From Catajapyx aquilonaris (Eukaryota), in NCBI GenBank assembly GCA_000934665.2, contig KZ538501.1:1-64000 (forward strand): a DNA stretch of 64,000 bases. The letters are read 5' to 3'. Positions 62,717 to 64,000 of this stretch are shown piece by piece. Each line of letters begins with the position of its first letter. The stretch's first letter is position 1. Position numbers and translations under genes: made by a program. The notes under the pieces were generated by a model, which worked only from the letters and a program-made list of their open reading frames with translations, was not told the DNA's origin and did no database searches.

Positions 62717-63141
62717 GTTATTGGAATAATGTTCGAGCGCGATGTTGGCACCATTGGAGAGGTAGTTGACAAAGGCGGTTGGTACCTCATTCCAGTTGGA
62801 ACACGCCCTCTGTACGGACGTGTCGGTTGGAACGTTGGTGCAAGCTGCTCAAGTCGGTGTTTTATCCCCCTGGTCTGCTCGGTACATTTTACACTCTACA
62901 CATCGGCACACAGATCAACCAGCCATGCACCTCAGAAGTAAGTCTGAAAATGTCACCCGGCAGGAGAAGGACACTGGGACAGAGAAGAAGGAGGAGGAAG
63001 AAGAGGAGAAGAGGGCTACCCCGACGATCATCTCTTCTCCGACGATCATCTCGTCAAACAGTCCCGCTACCCCAATGAGAATCTCGTCGAACAGGCCCGA
63101 TCTGGGCAATCGAGTCGGTAGCCGAGAAACTAACGGAGCTA

Positions 63142-63427
63142 ACCGAAGCAGGTTGGCATAGTGGATAAGGCGTCCGACTGCTAATCGGGAGGTCCTGGGT
63201 TCGAATCCCGGGGCCGGCAACTCTGACCGTGGTTTTCTGTGTTTTCCCACGGTCCTTCCAGGGAAATTCCGGAGTTGCTTCCGTAATTAATAGGCCACAG
63301 CCGCTTCCTTCCGTCCCTATCCTATCCAAAAGAGCACAGTAAAATGAAAGCAAAGAGTTCCAGGCAAAACAAACTTCCCCCCTAAAGAGCCGATGGCTGA
63401 TAACGGGGTATGAATTATTATTATTAT
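63142..63427 (+). mobile_element. tRNA-derived SINE, family A copy 5
   Basis: 14-bp TSD aactaacggagcta at 63128 and 63428. A and B boxes and a (TTA)n tail are present. Confidence 0.92.
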
Positions 63428-64000
63428 AACTAACGGAGCTAACGAAGATCCTGGACAAGAAGATGGACGAGCAAAACGAAAAGGTGAACAAGCTCCAGTC
63501 TATGGTGTCGGACCAAGGGAGTACTCACTTCGGTACTCCGGTGTATACACCTGCAGTGGTACTCTTCGGTACTCCTTGGTACTCCCAGGTACACCTTGGC
63601 GCTCCCAGACAATAAACAAATATGCTGGGAACTTGAAGAGCTTTTCCCTCTCGTGTCGGACTTCCAATCCCAAGCTTGGGATCCGAGTATGAGCTGCTGG
63701 GGCAGTATATACAAGGCCACTCTGCTTTACATCAGTTGCGAACAAGTGACCGGGGGAAAGTATCTCATGACTGCCCTGTTCATCTTCCACGTTTATATTC
63801 ATATTGTGACCTTTAACCCCTGGGATCACCTTGGGACCCTTGAACACAGGGGGACCCTGTGATCACTTTAAAATGTTTTTTTGTCATTCAGTTACAAAAA
63901 GCTATTAGCTCTATTTTAACGATGCATTAATCTATGATCACACATTTAATAAGTAAGGGTAATTCCATGTGAGATCACCCAAAGATTCACCCCCTCTATT

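Noticed and set aside
63142..63220. tRNA-Ser(GCT) gene (also at 38724, 12363, 55142 and 62716)
   Set aside because: There is no proper acceptor stem or long variable arm. The sequence continues into a shared body with a (TTA)n tail and TSDs, so these are SINE heads.
63596..63862. Possible DIRS/tyrosine recombinase fragment
   Set aside because: The resemblance is vague and no catalytic motif is visible.

Overview
This is intron-containing, repeat-rich animal genomic DNA, most likely from an arthropod judging by the gene families and intron style. No prokaryotic operon, CRISPR array, rRNA gene or convincing tRNA gene is present. Exons were stitched by hand from splice sites and reading-frame phase. 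Genes found: an M13/neprilysin-like metallopeptidase (+, 4849-9784); a candidate orphan secreted four-cysteine peptide gene (+, 17381-17584); two head-to-head heme peroxidases of the peroxinectin/chorion-peroxidase group (-, 18462-23420; +, 27043-37606); CCDC12/cwf18 (-, 37861-44704); an unrecognised spliced gene divergent from CCDC12 (+, 47449-53932); and a disabled, intron-retaining exportin-6 3' fragment (59173-60536). The rest is dominated by transposable elements: two decayed LINEs, several tRNA-derived SINE families (one with five copies), and mariner, hAT, PIF/Harbinger, pogo-like, Merlin-like and Helentron-like non-autonomous elements, many of them fold-back. The best leads are the small secreted peptide, the orphan FxGF-motif gene, the active-site divergence between the two peroxidases, and a young 802-bp mariner fold-back. 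No database searches were possible, so family calls rest on recalled motifs.
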